From NCBI GenBank assembly GCA_036517195.1, contig DATDXU010000002.1, positions 20,635-84,634 of the forward strand: 64,000 nucleotides of DNA. Reading direction: 5' to 3'. The notes beneath the pieces were generated by a model that worked only from the letters and a program-made list of their open reading frames with translations, made no database searches and was not told where the DNA came from. Shown one piece after another: positions 46,275 through 55,325 of the stretch. A program made the position numbers and the translations under genes. The DNA is from Minisyncoccota bacterium (GTDB lineage: Bacteria; Patescibacteriota; Minisyncoccia; Phycocordibacterales; UBA2100). The first letter of the stretch is position 1; every line of letters begins with the position of its first letter.

Positions 46275-47081
46275 ATGCCCCGCGGATATCAAAAGCGCAC
46301 GCGCGGATTATTTGATCCGAACTCAAAGGAACCATTCCGTATTAGTCGTTCAAAAATAGATTTATTTATTGACTGTCCGCGCTGTTTTTATTTGGATCAA
46401 CGACTCGGTGTGAAGCGCACCGATTTCCCGGCGTTTACACTCAACAATGCCGTCGATGAATTATTGAAGCGCGAGTTCGATATACACCGCGCGAAAGGAG
46501 AACCACATCCTCTTATGAGACAGTACAAGATTGATGCGACCCCGTTGAACGATCTGCGCATGGAAGAGTGGAGAGACGCTCTTCGCCGCGGGGTGCAATA
46601 CCACCACGCAAAAACAAATTTAATTGTGCGCGGCGGGGTGGATGATATATGGGTAACGCAGGGTGGGGAATTTATCGTTGTTGATTACAAGGCAACATCT
46701 AAAAAAGACGAAGTGTCCCTTGATGGGTACTGGCAACAGGCGTACAAGCGACAAGTGGAAGTGTACCAATGGATTTTGCGCGGAATGGGGGAGCGTGTTT
46801 CCAATGTGGCATATTTTGTATATGTGAACGGAAATAGTGATGCTGCATCATTTGACGGTAAGTTGGAGTTTAGTGTTACTGTTCTTCCGCACAAAGGGGA
46901 TACATCGTGGATTGAACCAACGATTATTGAAATTGCGCAGGTGTTGAGGGGAGACGCGGTGCCGGAGCCAAAAGAAACATGCGAATACTGCGGATACAGG
47001 GAAGCGGCAGGGAGAGAGCTTCAGGCGCGTGTTGGACCAAAAAGCAAAGCGCGCAAAAGTTCTCCGACACTCGGTATCTAA
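46275..47081 (+). CDS. PD-(D/E)XK nuclease with four-Cys (Cas4/AddB-like) staple
   Basis: SRSKI..F..CPRCF, GGVDD, VVDYK, Q.EVYQW, C-terminal CEYC. Confidence 0.85.
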   Translation: MPRGYQKRTRGLFDPNSKEPFRISRSKIDLFIDCPRCFYLDQRLGVKRTDFPAFTLNNAVDELLKREFDIHRAKGEPHPLMRQYKIDATPLNDLRMEEWRDALRRGVQYHHAKTNLIVRGGVDDIWVTQGGEFIVVDYKATSKKDEVSLDGYWQQAYKRQVEVYQWILRGMGERVSNVAYFVYVNGNSDAASFDGKLEFSVTVLPHKGDTSWIEPTIIEIAQVLRGDAVPEPKETCEYCGYREAAGRELQARVGPKSKARKSSPTLGI

Positions 47082-47219
47082 GTTTTTGGCCAGTCAATAT
47101 CAAGGGCGGTCTTTGATATTTTTCGTTTTCTGGACAACGAGCGCACTGTGTTGTATGATTCATTTCAGTATGATGCTGTTTTCGGCATCAAGAGTGGAAC
47201 ATAAGAACGGGAGCAGGAC

Positions 47220-48212
47220 ATGAATACGAAGGGGATTAGCATAAACTTTGACCGTCTGGGTATGGTTGCGAAGCATCTTGCTGGCAGACCATACTCTGCG
47301 CCGTTCAATTTTTACTCCATCACGAACGCGTCTGGTGAGTCGCCCTTGCTCACGCAGTTCCCATCGCCCATTCAGGGGGAGCATGCTGTTCTCGAATTCT
47401 TTTTTGCCGAAACTTTGCAAGAGCATGGTTTTTGGCAAGAAAAATACGGGCGGTGGCAATCATCCATTCGGGGAACTATTAATGGGAAGAAATTGAAAGG
47501 TTCAGACCTCATGTGCCATCTACTGATGTTGGAGTTGAGGAAAAGTGAGACACAGTTTAAGCCTTCGACACTCGCCACCATGCAGTTCAGTCGTTTTATG
47601 GAAATCATGCATGACGATCTCGGTGCTATCGATTTTCCTGATATGCCGAAACGGTATATGTTGTGGCGTCTGTATGCCGAGTGGATGGTTTCTCGGAGTG
47701 AATCGCCCCACGGCATCATTGAGAAGGCGCGTGAATCAAAAACGCCGGCACAAACATTCCTCGGACTTCTGAAGGAGATACCGGGATTCAACGAAGACCC
47801 ATTCCAAAAGAAATCAAACCTTCTTCTCATGTATGTGATGAATCGTCCCGAACGATTCATCGTTCCAGAGCTCGGGTTCTCTCTGCCTGCGATGATTGAT
47901 TACCACGTGATGCGTCTTCTTCTGCGCTTCGGCGTCGTGTGTCTTTCCGCAGAGTTGCGCATTGAAAATCAGGCGCGGAGTGTCATATTGGAAGAAAGGG
48001 AAGCGACTATTCGCCATGTGTGCGAAATAGCGATGAACGAACTTGTTTCTCGCTCTAGGCTTCCGATGTCGGAAGTTGATGCACTTTTGTGGAATGGACG
48101 GGAGTTTTGTCTCGAGGCGACCGAACCTGATTGTGGACGATGTTCTCTTCGGGCTGTGTGTGCTCAAGAAACAAAACTCTTTCAGCCGGTGTACCGAACC
48201 ACGCACTACTAG
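47220..48212 (+). CDS. Queuosine-salvage (DUF2419/QNG1)-like glycosylase-fold protein with a C-terminal Fe-S motif
   Basis: HGFW, DP..KK..L, DYHVMRLLLRFG, E..IR, VDALLW, then C-x7-C-x2-C-x5-C. Confidence 0.6.
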   Translation: MNTKGISINFDRLGMVAKHLAGRPYSAPFNFYSITNASGESPLLTQFPSPIQGEHAVLEFFFAETLQEHGFWQEKYGRWQSSIRGTINGKKLKGSDLMCHLLMLELRKSETQFKPSTLATMQFSRFMEIMHDDLGAIDFPDMPKRYMLWRLYAEWMVSRSESPHGIIEKARESKTPAQTFLGLLKEIPGFNEDPFQKKSNLLLMYVMNRPERFIVPELGFSLPAMIDYHVMRLLLRFGVVCLSAELRIENQARSVILEEREATIRHVCEIAMNELVSRSRLPMSEVDALLWNGREFCLEATEPDCGRCSLRAVCAQETKLFQPVYRTTHY

Positions 48213-48268
48213 AAAAAACTGTACGGCCCCGCGCACGCGAGGCCGTTTTGTTTTGCTATACTCGGAGT

Positions 48269-48523
48269 ATGCAAACATTTAGAGACAAAGTGCGATGTAT
48301 TGTTTCAAAAATCAAACGAGGTGAAACGCTGACCTATGGAGAAGTTGCTCGGATGGCGGGAAATTCGCGTGCGGCACGTGCCGTTGGCGCAATCATGCGC
48401 GCAAATCGAAGCAAGAGTGTTCCGTGTCACCGAGTCATTTTCTCCGACGGAGGGCTTGGTGGATATAATCGAGGGGGAACGAACATAAAGAGGTATATTT
48501 TGAAACAAGAAGGCGCTCTATGA
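48269..48523 (+). CDS. Single-domain O6-alkylguanine-DNA alkyltransferase (MGMT family)
   Basis: TYGEVA..AG...AARAVG, VPCHRV (active Cys), L..EG. Confidence 0.92.
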   Translation: MQTFRDKVRCIVSKIKRGETLTYGEVARMAGNSRAARAVGAIMRANRSKSVPCHRVIFSDGGLGGYNRGGTNIKRYILKQEGAL

Positions 48524-49119
48524 TGAAGGCGGATATACACGAAGCAATGAAGCGTGTTCGAGACGACGTTATTGCTCTTGGGGGCGAACTTTCTACATAT
48601 AGAAAACAAAATAATTATTTTCCCGTGCTCGGAGAGGGGAGCCACACGGCAAAAATCATGTTCATTGGGGAGGCGCCGGGCAGGAATGAAGCAAAAACGG
48701 GGCGTCCATTTTGTGGAGCGGCGGGGCGTATTTTGGATGACCTTTTAGCGTCTATTGGTATGCCACGCGAAGATGTGTATATCACAAACATCGTGAAAGA
48801 CAGACCGCCGGAAAATAGAGACCCGTTGCCTGTGGAAATTGAATTGTACGCACCGTTTTTAGACAGACAAATTGAAATTATTCAACCGAACGTTCTTGCG
48901 ACACTCGGCAGGTTTTCCATGGAGTACATCATGCGAAAGTTCGGACTCTCGTTTGAATTGGAGTCCATCAGTAACGCACACGGAAAAGTGTATGATGCGT
49001 CAGCTTCGTACGGTCCCATAAAAATTGTGCCCCTCTATCACCCCGCGGCGGCTATATACAATCAATCGCTCAAAGGCACCCTCAAAAAAGATTTTCAGGC
49101 GCTCAAAAAATTGCGGTAG
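48520..49119 (+). CDS. udg: Uracil-DNA glycosylase, family 4-like
   Basis: IGEAPGRNE, GRPFCGAAG, ITNIVKDRPPENRDP, LYHPAA. Confidence 0.93.
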   Translation: MMKADIHEAMKRVRDDVIALGGELSTYRKQNNYFPVLGEGSHTAKIMFIGEAPGRNEAKTGRPFCGAAGRILDDLLASIGMPREDVYITNIVKDRPPENRDPLPVEIELYAPFLDRQIEIIQPNVLATLGRFSMEYIMRKFGLSFELESISNAHGKVYDASASYGPIKIVPLYHPAAAIYNQSLKGTLKKDFQALKKLR

Positions 49120-49138
49120 TCTCTTTTGTAATAACTCC

Positions 49139-49165
49139 TTCTACCAAGGTCTTACCTTGGTAGAA
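49139..49165. repeat. REP hairpin overlapping the RAYT 3' end
   Basis: TTCTACCAAGGT-CTT-ACCTTGGTAGAA, a perfect 12-bp stem. Confidence 0.9.
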
Positions 49166-49851
49166 ACCTTGTCGTCTTCCGAATGTGCGTATATTTTTGC
49201 CTCTTCAATTAATTGTGACACAGATTGAGGTGTCTCCAAGATCTCAAGGACGGCGTCTTTGTTGATGAGGGAACTTTCTGGGCGGATTTCATCTGAACAG
49301 TAATCAGGGAAACTCGAATAACGATATTTTGATAAAAAAGATCTCAATCTCCTTTCATTTCTGACTACGCCTTTTTTCCAAGCAGACTCGATCAATTCGG
49401 CTGGGTTTGCGTGGATATAGCTTACGACTCTGTTGAAATTTTGGTCGGACACGATTCGTTTTGATTTAAAAGCACCCTGAAACAAAGACCCACTACGTTC
49501 GTACTTAATATTGAAGTACATTGCATACCCCGTTCCCACTCGACGCATAAAAGATGTTATGCCTCCAGGGTCGTGTTCACGTAGAAGTAAGTGATAATGA
49601 TTTGACATGAGACAGTATGCGCCAATGTCTACTAGTGTTTCTTTTCTCTCAACTGTCGCCATAACATCTACTAAGGTCTTACCTTGGTAGATGTTGCTGA
49701 CATGAATTGAATCGTGACTGTTGCACGCATAGAGGAGCATCAAGAAGCGCTCATGGTCTTTTGGATTCTCAAAGATGGTGCGCTTTTCAACGCCACGGTT
49801 GAAGCAGTGATACCACTCATTTGGTGCGAAGGGTGATGCGCGTTCGGCCAT
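49141..49851 (-). mobile_element. REP-associated tyrosine transposase (RAYT, Y1_Tnp/HUH)
   Basis: YHCFNRG, AYCLMSNHYHLL (HUH), YFN.KY.R.G.LFQG.FK, YIHANP (catalytic Tyr), YRYSS. Confidence 0.92.
49663..49695. repeat. REP hairpin inside the RAYT ORF
   Basis: AACATCTACTAAGGT-CTT-ACCTTGGTAGATGTT. Confidence 0.85.
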
Positions 49852-49876
49852 ATGCTTATGATTATCATAGCATATT

Positions 49877-49903
49877 TTCTACCAAGGTGACACCTTGGTA
49901 GAA
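49877..49903. repeat. REP hairpin upstream of RAYT
   Basis: TTCTACCAAGGT-GAC-ACCTTGGTAGAA. Confidence 0.9.
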
Positions 49904-49911
49904 GGGGATTG

Positions 49912-49940
49912 TTGACTTATAAATCCAATCGTGGTACATA
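49912..49940 (+). promoter_or_regulatory. sigma70-type promoter of the putative DGR target
   Basis: TTGACT-17 bp (ending TGG)-TACATA. Confidence 0.55.
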
Positions 49941-49981
49941 GATTCTAGTCATCAATCTTACAAAAGAAGGAACACGCGGCA

Positions 49982-50680
49982 ATGTGGAAACGTTTCGCAC
50001 TGTTTGCAATGCTGGTTTTTTCTCTTATGTCTGTGTCGCTGACGTTTGCTTTTGCAGACACGAATAAGGCGCCGAGCTACGAGCTTGCCAGGAGCATCCT
50101 CGGCAAGGACTTCATTTCCCCAGAGGAAGTCACCACCGCACGCGGCGTCACCTATACCGACGAGCAGCTCGCCACGTTCCGCGATACGCTCCCGGCGCAG
50201 GAGGTGCTCGAGTGGTGCCGCAACAATGGCATGATGCTTATCGCTGGTCCGCCGAAAAACATGTCGCTTCTCGACGTTCGCGCGCTCAAGACCGACTACT
50301 TCTACACGAAGAAAAACAACTGGTACTCGAGCAAGAGCGAGAGGTTCGCCAAAAACGACAAGGCCGAGCCGGTCTGGATCGCGCTTCGCAAGAAGCCGGT
50401 TGAGCGTTCGTTCAACAAGGATTGGAACGAGCAGAAGGAGCTCGTCGCCCCGCCGAATGTGGTCCCCAATGTCGCTGAGTTAGTGTGGGCGCTGACAACC
50501 TACAAGGCGGTGCGGGGTGTCTACCTGCTCCCGAACGTCTACGTGAGGACTTCCAGCGTCGACTCGGACGGCGACCGCGTGGACGTCGGCCCTTTCGCTG
50601 CCGGTGGCCTCCTCGTCGGCCACTCTTGGGACGACGACCGGCTCTCCCGCTTGGGCGTTTCGGCGTCTCGGAAGTTCTGA
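49982..50680 (+). CDS. Secreted protein, putative DGR variable (target) protein with CLec-like C-terminus
   Basis: Signal peptide (AFA); C-terminus RTSSVDSDGDRVDVGPFAAGGLLVGHSWDDDRLSRLGVSASRKF; only 5 A in 50581-50670. Confidence 0.75.
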   Translation: MWKRFALFAMLVFSLMSVSLTFAFADTNKAPSYELARSILGKDFISPEEVTTARGVTYTDEQLATFRDTLPAQEVLEWCRNNGMMLIAGPPKNMSLLDVRALKTDYFYTKKNNWYSSKSERFAKNDKAEPVWIALRKKPVERSFNKDWNEQKELVAPPNVVPNVAELVWALTTYKAVRGVYLLPNVYVRTSSVDSDGDRVDVGPFAAGGLLVGHSWDDDRLSRLGVSASRKF

Positions 50681-50725
50681 CCCTCGAATTCTTGAGGACC
50701 TTGATCCTCTTGAAACCCTTGAGAG

Positions 50726-50759
50726 CCCTTGCGCGCCAGCGCGGGGGTTTTTTCTTTTT
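50726..50759 (+). terminator. GC hairpin with GCCA loop plus T-tract
   Basis: CCCTTGCGC-GCCA-GCGCGGGGG-TTTTTTCTTTTT. Confidence 0.65.
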
Positions 50760-50778
50760 GTATTTTTTTGAGTAAGGT

Positions 50779-52695
50779 ATGATTAAAACAATGACACTGA
50801 ACGACATCCGCTCTAAGTATTTGGAATTTTTTAAGGCGCGTGGGCATACGATTGTTCCTTCGGCGTCCCTTGTGCCAGAAGGGGACTCCACAACGCTTTT
50901 TACGGGAAGCGGTATGCAACCGATGGTCCCGTACCTTCTTGGTAAAAGTCATCCAGCAGGAACGAGAATAGCAGATTCACAAAAATCACTTCGCGCGGAA
51001 GACATAGAAGAGGTGGGGGATAATCGCCATACGACATTTTTTGAGATGCTCGGCAATTGGTCGTTTGGAGATTATTTTAAAAAAGAACAACTTGCGTGGT
51101 GCTTTGAATTTTTGACGGATGTCGTGAAGCTTGATTCGTCGCGTCTCTATGTTTCTGTTTTTATTGGAGACGAACAAAATGCTCTCCCGCAAGACACGGA
51201 ATCAGCCGCTCTTTGGAAAACATTGTTTGCAAAGAAGGGGATTGACGCGCATGAGGTGATGCTTGGTTCTGCCGAAGATGGAAGTCGTCTTGGTATGCAG
51301 GGAGGCCTCTCTACCGGTAGGCAGGGGCGTATTTTTTACTACGATGCAAAGAAAAATTGGTGGTCAAGGGCTGGGGCACCCCCATCCATGCCCGACGGCG
51401 AGATAGGGGGACCGGATTCGGAGGTGTTTTATGATTTTGGAACTCCACACGATTCAAAATATGGCGCGGAGTGTCATCCGAATTGTGATTGTGGGCGATT
51501 TCTTGAAATTTGTAATTCCGTTTTTATGCAATATGTAAAAAAGAACGGAATGTTTATTCCTTTGCCGAATCAAAACGTTGACTTTGGCGGAGGACTTGAG
51601 CGTCTTGCGGCCGCTTCGAATAACGACGCGGACATATTTAGAACAGATGTATTTGCAGAATCTGTTCAGCTTTTGGAATATGTGTCGGGAAAATCTTACA
51701 ATGACTCTCGGTATACGCGCTCGTTTCGCATCGTTGCAGATCATGTTCGCGCTGCCGTTTTTATGCTTGGAGACGGGGTGCGACCGTCTAACACTGAGCG
51801 TGGGTATATCGTACGTCGTCTTATTCGTCGCGCAGCGCTCCACGCGCTGAAGCTTGATGCCGCTGACAAAGATAAAGAAGACGGCGCTGTCGTACGGGTA
51901 GCAAAACTTTTCATTGAAAAATACAGGGGCGCGTACGGGGAGCTTGGGGGGGATGAAGCACACACGCGCATTACAGGTGCCCTGTGGGATGAAGAAAAAT
52001 TATTCGCGCGGACACTGTCGCGCGGTATGCGGGAATTTGAAAAAATCGTCACACTGAAGCATGTGTCCGGCGAAGACGCGTTTACGCTAACCACGACATA
52101 TGGATTTCCATTTGAAATGATAGTGGAAATTGCCAATGAACGTGGAATGTCTGTTGACGAAACTGATTTTAAAAAACGGATGGAGATGCACCAGGCGCTA
52201 TCGCGCGCGGGCGCCGAACAGAAATTCAAAGGCGGTCTTGCCGATACATCAGAAAAAACAACACGCCTCCATACCGCACATCATTTGTTGTTGCGGGCAC
52301 TCCAGATTGTGCTTGGAAGTCACGTAAAACAACGCGGGAGCAACATTACCCAAGAGCGATTGCGCATTGATTTTTCCCATGGAATGAAAATGACCACAGA
52401 ACAAATACGGGAAGTGGAGCGCATTGTGAATGAAAAAATTAAAGAAAAAATACCAGTCGTGCGCACCGAGATGGCTCGTGAGGATGCCGAGCGTCTTGGA
52501 GCCGAACAAGAATTCGGCGTGAAATACGCCGAGCGAGTATCTGTGTATTCTGTAGGGCCCATCGAGAGCGCGTTTTCTCTTGAATTTTGCGGTGGGCCGC
52601 ATGTTACAAATACGAAAGAGCTTGGAATATTCAAAATAAAAAAAGAAGAAGCTGTCGCCGCGGGCGTCAGGCGCATTAAGGGTGTTTTGGAATAG
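50779..52695 (+). CDS. alaS: Alanine-tRNA ligase, short form lacking C-Ala
   Basis: LFTGSGMQP, RHTTFFEMLGNWSFGDYFK, DFGGGLER, HTAHHLL, EFCGGPH. Confidence 0.97.
   Translation: MIKTMTLNDIRSKYLEFFKARGHTIVPSASLVPEGDSTTLFTGSGMQPMVPYLLGKSHPAGTRIADSQKSLRAEDIEEVGDNRHTTFFEMLGNWSFGDYFKKEQLAWCFEFLTDVVKLDSSRLYVSVFIGDEQNALPQDTESAALWKTLFAKKGIDAHEVMLGSAEDGSRLGMQGGLSTGRQGRIFYYDAKKNWWSRAGAPPSMPDGEIGGPDSEVFYDFGTPHDSKYGAECHPNCDCGRFLEICNSVFMQYVKKNGMFIPLPNQNVDFGGGLERLAAASNNDADIFRTDVFAESVQLLEYVSGKSYNDSRYTRSFRIVADHVRAAVFMLGDGVRPSNTERGYIVRRLIRRAALHALKLDAADKDKEDGAVVRVAKLFIEKYRGAYGELGGDEAHTRITGALWDEEKLFARTLSRGMREFEKIVTLKHVSGEDAFTLTTTYGFPFEMIVEIANERGMSVDETDFKKRMEMHQALSRAGAEQKFKGGLADTSEKTTRLHTAHHLLLRALQIVLGSHVKQRGSNITQERLRIDFSHGMKMTTEQIREVERIVNEKIKEKIPVVRTEMAREDAERLGAEQEFGVKYAERVSVYSVGPIESAFSLEFCGGPHVTNTKELGIFKIKKEEAVAAGVRRIKGVLE
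51306..51325. repeat. Palindromic 'GRQG' element in-frame in alaS
   Basis: CCTCTCTACCGGTAGGCAGG, read as LSTGRQG; related to 72-96 and 10990-11008. Confidence 0.7.
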
Positions 52696-52768
52696 TGATT
52701 GTGAACAATACACATGCGCGCGCGCCATGTTCGAGAAAGGCGGCCGCAGAGCGGTATACTGATTAGTA

Positions 52769-53920
52769 ATGTTTCCTATTCCTTCCTTGCATGGGCGCGA
52801 GAGGATTGTCGCTGTTGCTGATATCGGAAGCGCGAGTGTTGGTGTTGCCATCGGTCGCACCAAACAGGATCATGTAAACGTTTTTGCTTCTGCGACAGCG
52901 ACGGCCCCAGTTATGGATCGTTCACGCGAGCACACCATCGCAACAGTTTCATCTTTATTTTCTGATGCACTAGAAAAGGTGCGGTTGTACCCGGACGCTT
53001 CGAATATCACACACACCCTTCCTGAACAGGGAATTCTTGTCATGCAATCTCCATGGTCTCGCACGGTAACAAAAATGGCGGAAAGAACATTTGATGCAGA
53101 AGAGCACATCACGAAAGGCATCATAGGAGAACTTGCCCGTGAGGCACTTGCCTCTGGGGACACCCCAGAGCATGCGTTTGAAACGACTGTCATTCGTGTC
53201 GCGCTCAATGGGTACCCAACGGCACAACCCGTGGGGAAGTACGCGACCCACATTGCGGTTTTTGTTTTAGTGTCAGACGGGGAGGCGGCCATTGTGTCTG
53301 CGGTAAGCAACATTTTTAAAGAACACTACGGCATCGAAAAGCCCATATATCGCTCTGGAGCCCGAGCGCTACTTTCTGTCATACATCAGGAGGTTGGCGT
53401 TGCCGCCGATTACATGGCGGTACATATTACTGATGGCTCCATGTATTTCTTGGTGATTCGCGAAGGTATTCCGACTGCAACCTCGATTCTTCCTCTAGGA
53501 CTCCATGAGATTCTGAAAAAAATTGCCGGCAAAAATACACCGGAAGAAATGCTGAGCATGTTCTCTCTCGTGGAGAGAAACATGTGTAGCAAAGATGCGT
53601 GTGTTCAGTTTAAAAATTCACTCGCAACATTTGAACCGGAGTGGGTGCGTGCTACGGGAGACACCATGGCGGAACTTTCATTGGAGCGCAAATTGCCGCA
53701 AGACATCTGGCTTAGTGTGGACTCTCGTGTTGGCACATGGTTTGTGTCTCTTTTTTCACGCTTCGATTTCGAACAATTCACCGTAACCGCAAAGCCGTTT
53801 CGCGTTCGAGAGATCACAATGCATAAGGGAAATGTAGAATATCAAGAAGGGGTACATCCGGATTCCTCTCTGAAAATTGCCCTAGAACTTGTCAACATAG
53901 AGCGCGCACAATTGCTATAA
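52769..53920 (+). CDS. FtsA/PilM-like actin-fold protein (divergent)
   Basis: VADIGSASV, LNGY..P.G; second-lobe ATP motifs degenerate. Confidence 0.65.
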   Translation: MFPIPSLHGRERIVAVADIGSASVGVAIGRTKQDHVNVFASATATAPVMDRSREHTIATVSSLFSDALEKVRLYPDASNITHTLPEQGILVMQSPWSRTVTKMAERTFDAEEHITKGIIGELAREALASGDTPEHAFETTVIRVALNGYPTAQPVGKYATHIAVFVLVSDGEAAIVSAVSNIFKEHYGIEKPIYRSGARALLSVIHQEVGVAADYMAVHITDGSMYFLVIREGIPTATSILPLGLHEILKKIAGKNTPEEMLSMFSLVERNMCSKDACVQFKNSLATFEPEWVRATGDTMAELSLERKLPQDIWLSVDSRVGTWFVSLFSRFDFEQFTVTAKPFRVREITMHKGNVEYQEGVHPDSSLKIALELVNIERAQLL

Positions 53921-53939
53921 AGGTGCTATAGTGTAGGTA

Positions 53940-55289
53940 ATGCCTAAGGATTATTTTGAAGATATCCCTGCCTCAAGTTCATCTGCCGAACAAACAAAAT
54001 CACCAGAATCGCGAGCGGTTCCGATACGGGAAGTGTCAAGCGATCGTTCTATCAGAAATATACCGTCGCCGCGCGCTCGCTCACGTGTACCTGTAGCAAC
54101 AATAGAATCAAAAACACCATGGAAAGCCCCCGATGTTTCTGGGATAACAGCTCGCTATTCCAGGTGGTGGATTTGGGTGGTAGCCGGCGCGACACTTCTT
54201 GTGTTGGGTGGTGTTCTTGTATTTGCGTTTCGACCAACGACGATAACGGTGGTTCCTCGTTCTCACGCGATTGTTTTTGATGCATCAAAGCGATTTACCG
54301 CATATCCGAGCGCGTCAGCACCTTTTGGAGCTCTCGCCTATACGGTAGAAACGCGTGAATTTGAAGATTCTGCCGCAGTTCCTTCTGACGGAGTGGAGCA
54401 GGTTTCTGATAAAGCTCATGGCATGCTCACAGTAGTGAATGAATACTCCGCTTCCCCCGTTCGCCTTATAAAAAATACCAGATTCCAAACTCCGCAAGGG
54501 CTCGTGTTTCGTGTACCAAATACGATAACTGTGCCTGGCAAGAAGGGATCTGTGGGAGGAACAATCGCGGTTGAGGTGTATGCCGATCAGCCGGGGAGTG
54601 ACTATAACGTGGGCCCCGTGTCGCGCTTTTCTCTGCCGGGTCTCAAGTCTTCGGCAGATATGTATGGCAAAGTGTATGCGCGTTCTGACACTGCATTTTC
54701 CGGTGGGTTTGTGGGAGAGCGCCCGAAAGTTGACCCAAAAACACTCGCGAGCGCGCGAGCCGAAGTGAGATCACGTCTCACAGAGCGGGCATCAAATACA
54801 CTGTCCGCATACGAAGGGGGACTTGTCCTTCCGGGACTTTTGAATCTCGCATTTTCTTCACTTCCAGAAACGGCAGAGGCCGAAGCGGGGGTGCGTATTC
54901 ATGAAAAGATAGTTGCGACATTTCCGGTATTTTCTTCAGAATCTTTTGCGGAAGATATTGCCGGGGATGCCATCGGGGATATACGGGGAGCGACACTGCG
55001 TTTTGCAGCGCGCGAAACATTTTCCGCGACGGCTGACACGCAATCTCTACAGGGGTTGGGTAAAAATCCATTGCTATTTACACTGCAGGGAGAGGGGATG
55101 ATCGTGTTCGATGTTGATGGCGAGGGATTGGCATCTGCGCTTGCTGGCCGCGAGACAGCTTCATTCGAAACGATCGTATCTGAGTTTGCTGGCATAGAAA
55201 CTGCGCGCGCTAAAGTGGGGCCGTTTTGGTCCAGTACATTTCCAGACGATCCTGTTGATATCCGCGTTACGATTGAAAGCAATGAATAG
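53940..55289 (+). CDS. Membrane-anchored protein with baseplate-J-like domain
   Basis: Disordered N-terminus, TM, KA.G.LTV.N, L.KNTRF, V.ADQPG.DYN, FSGG, PFW...P.D...I.V. Confidence 0.75.
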   Translation: MPKDYFEDIPASSSSAEQTKSPESRAVPIREVSSDRSIRNIPSPRARSRVPVATIESKTPWKAPDVSGITARYSRWWIWVVAGATLLVLGGVLVFAFRPTTITVVPRSHAIVFDASKRFTAYPSASAPFGALAYTVETREFEDSAAVPSDGVEQVSDKAHGMLTVVNEYSASPVRLIKNTRFQTPQGLVFRVPNTITVPGKKGSVGGTIAVEVYADQPGSDYNVGPVSRFSLPGLKSSADMYGKVYARSDTAFSGGFVGERPKVDPKTLASARAEVRSRLTERASNTLSAYEGGLVLPGLLNLAFSSLPETAEAEAGVRIHEKIVATFPVFSSESFAEDIAGDAIGDIRGATLRFAARETFSATADTQSLQGLGKNPLLFTLQGEGMIVFDVDGEGLASALAGRETASFETIVSEFAGIETARAKVGPFWSSTFPDDPVDIRVTIESNE

Positions 55290-55325
55290 ACAGCGCATGT
55301 GGTCCCTGCTATCATTGAGTTCCGA

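Noticed and set aside
46275-47081. Cas4 as evidence of a CRISPR locus
   Set aside because: A solo PD-(D/E)XK nuclease with no cas1/cas2 or array.
53940-55289. Prophage suggested by the baseplate-J-like gene
   Set aside because: No terminase, capsid, tail or integrase genes; the protein is TM-anchored among housekeeping genes.
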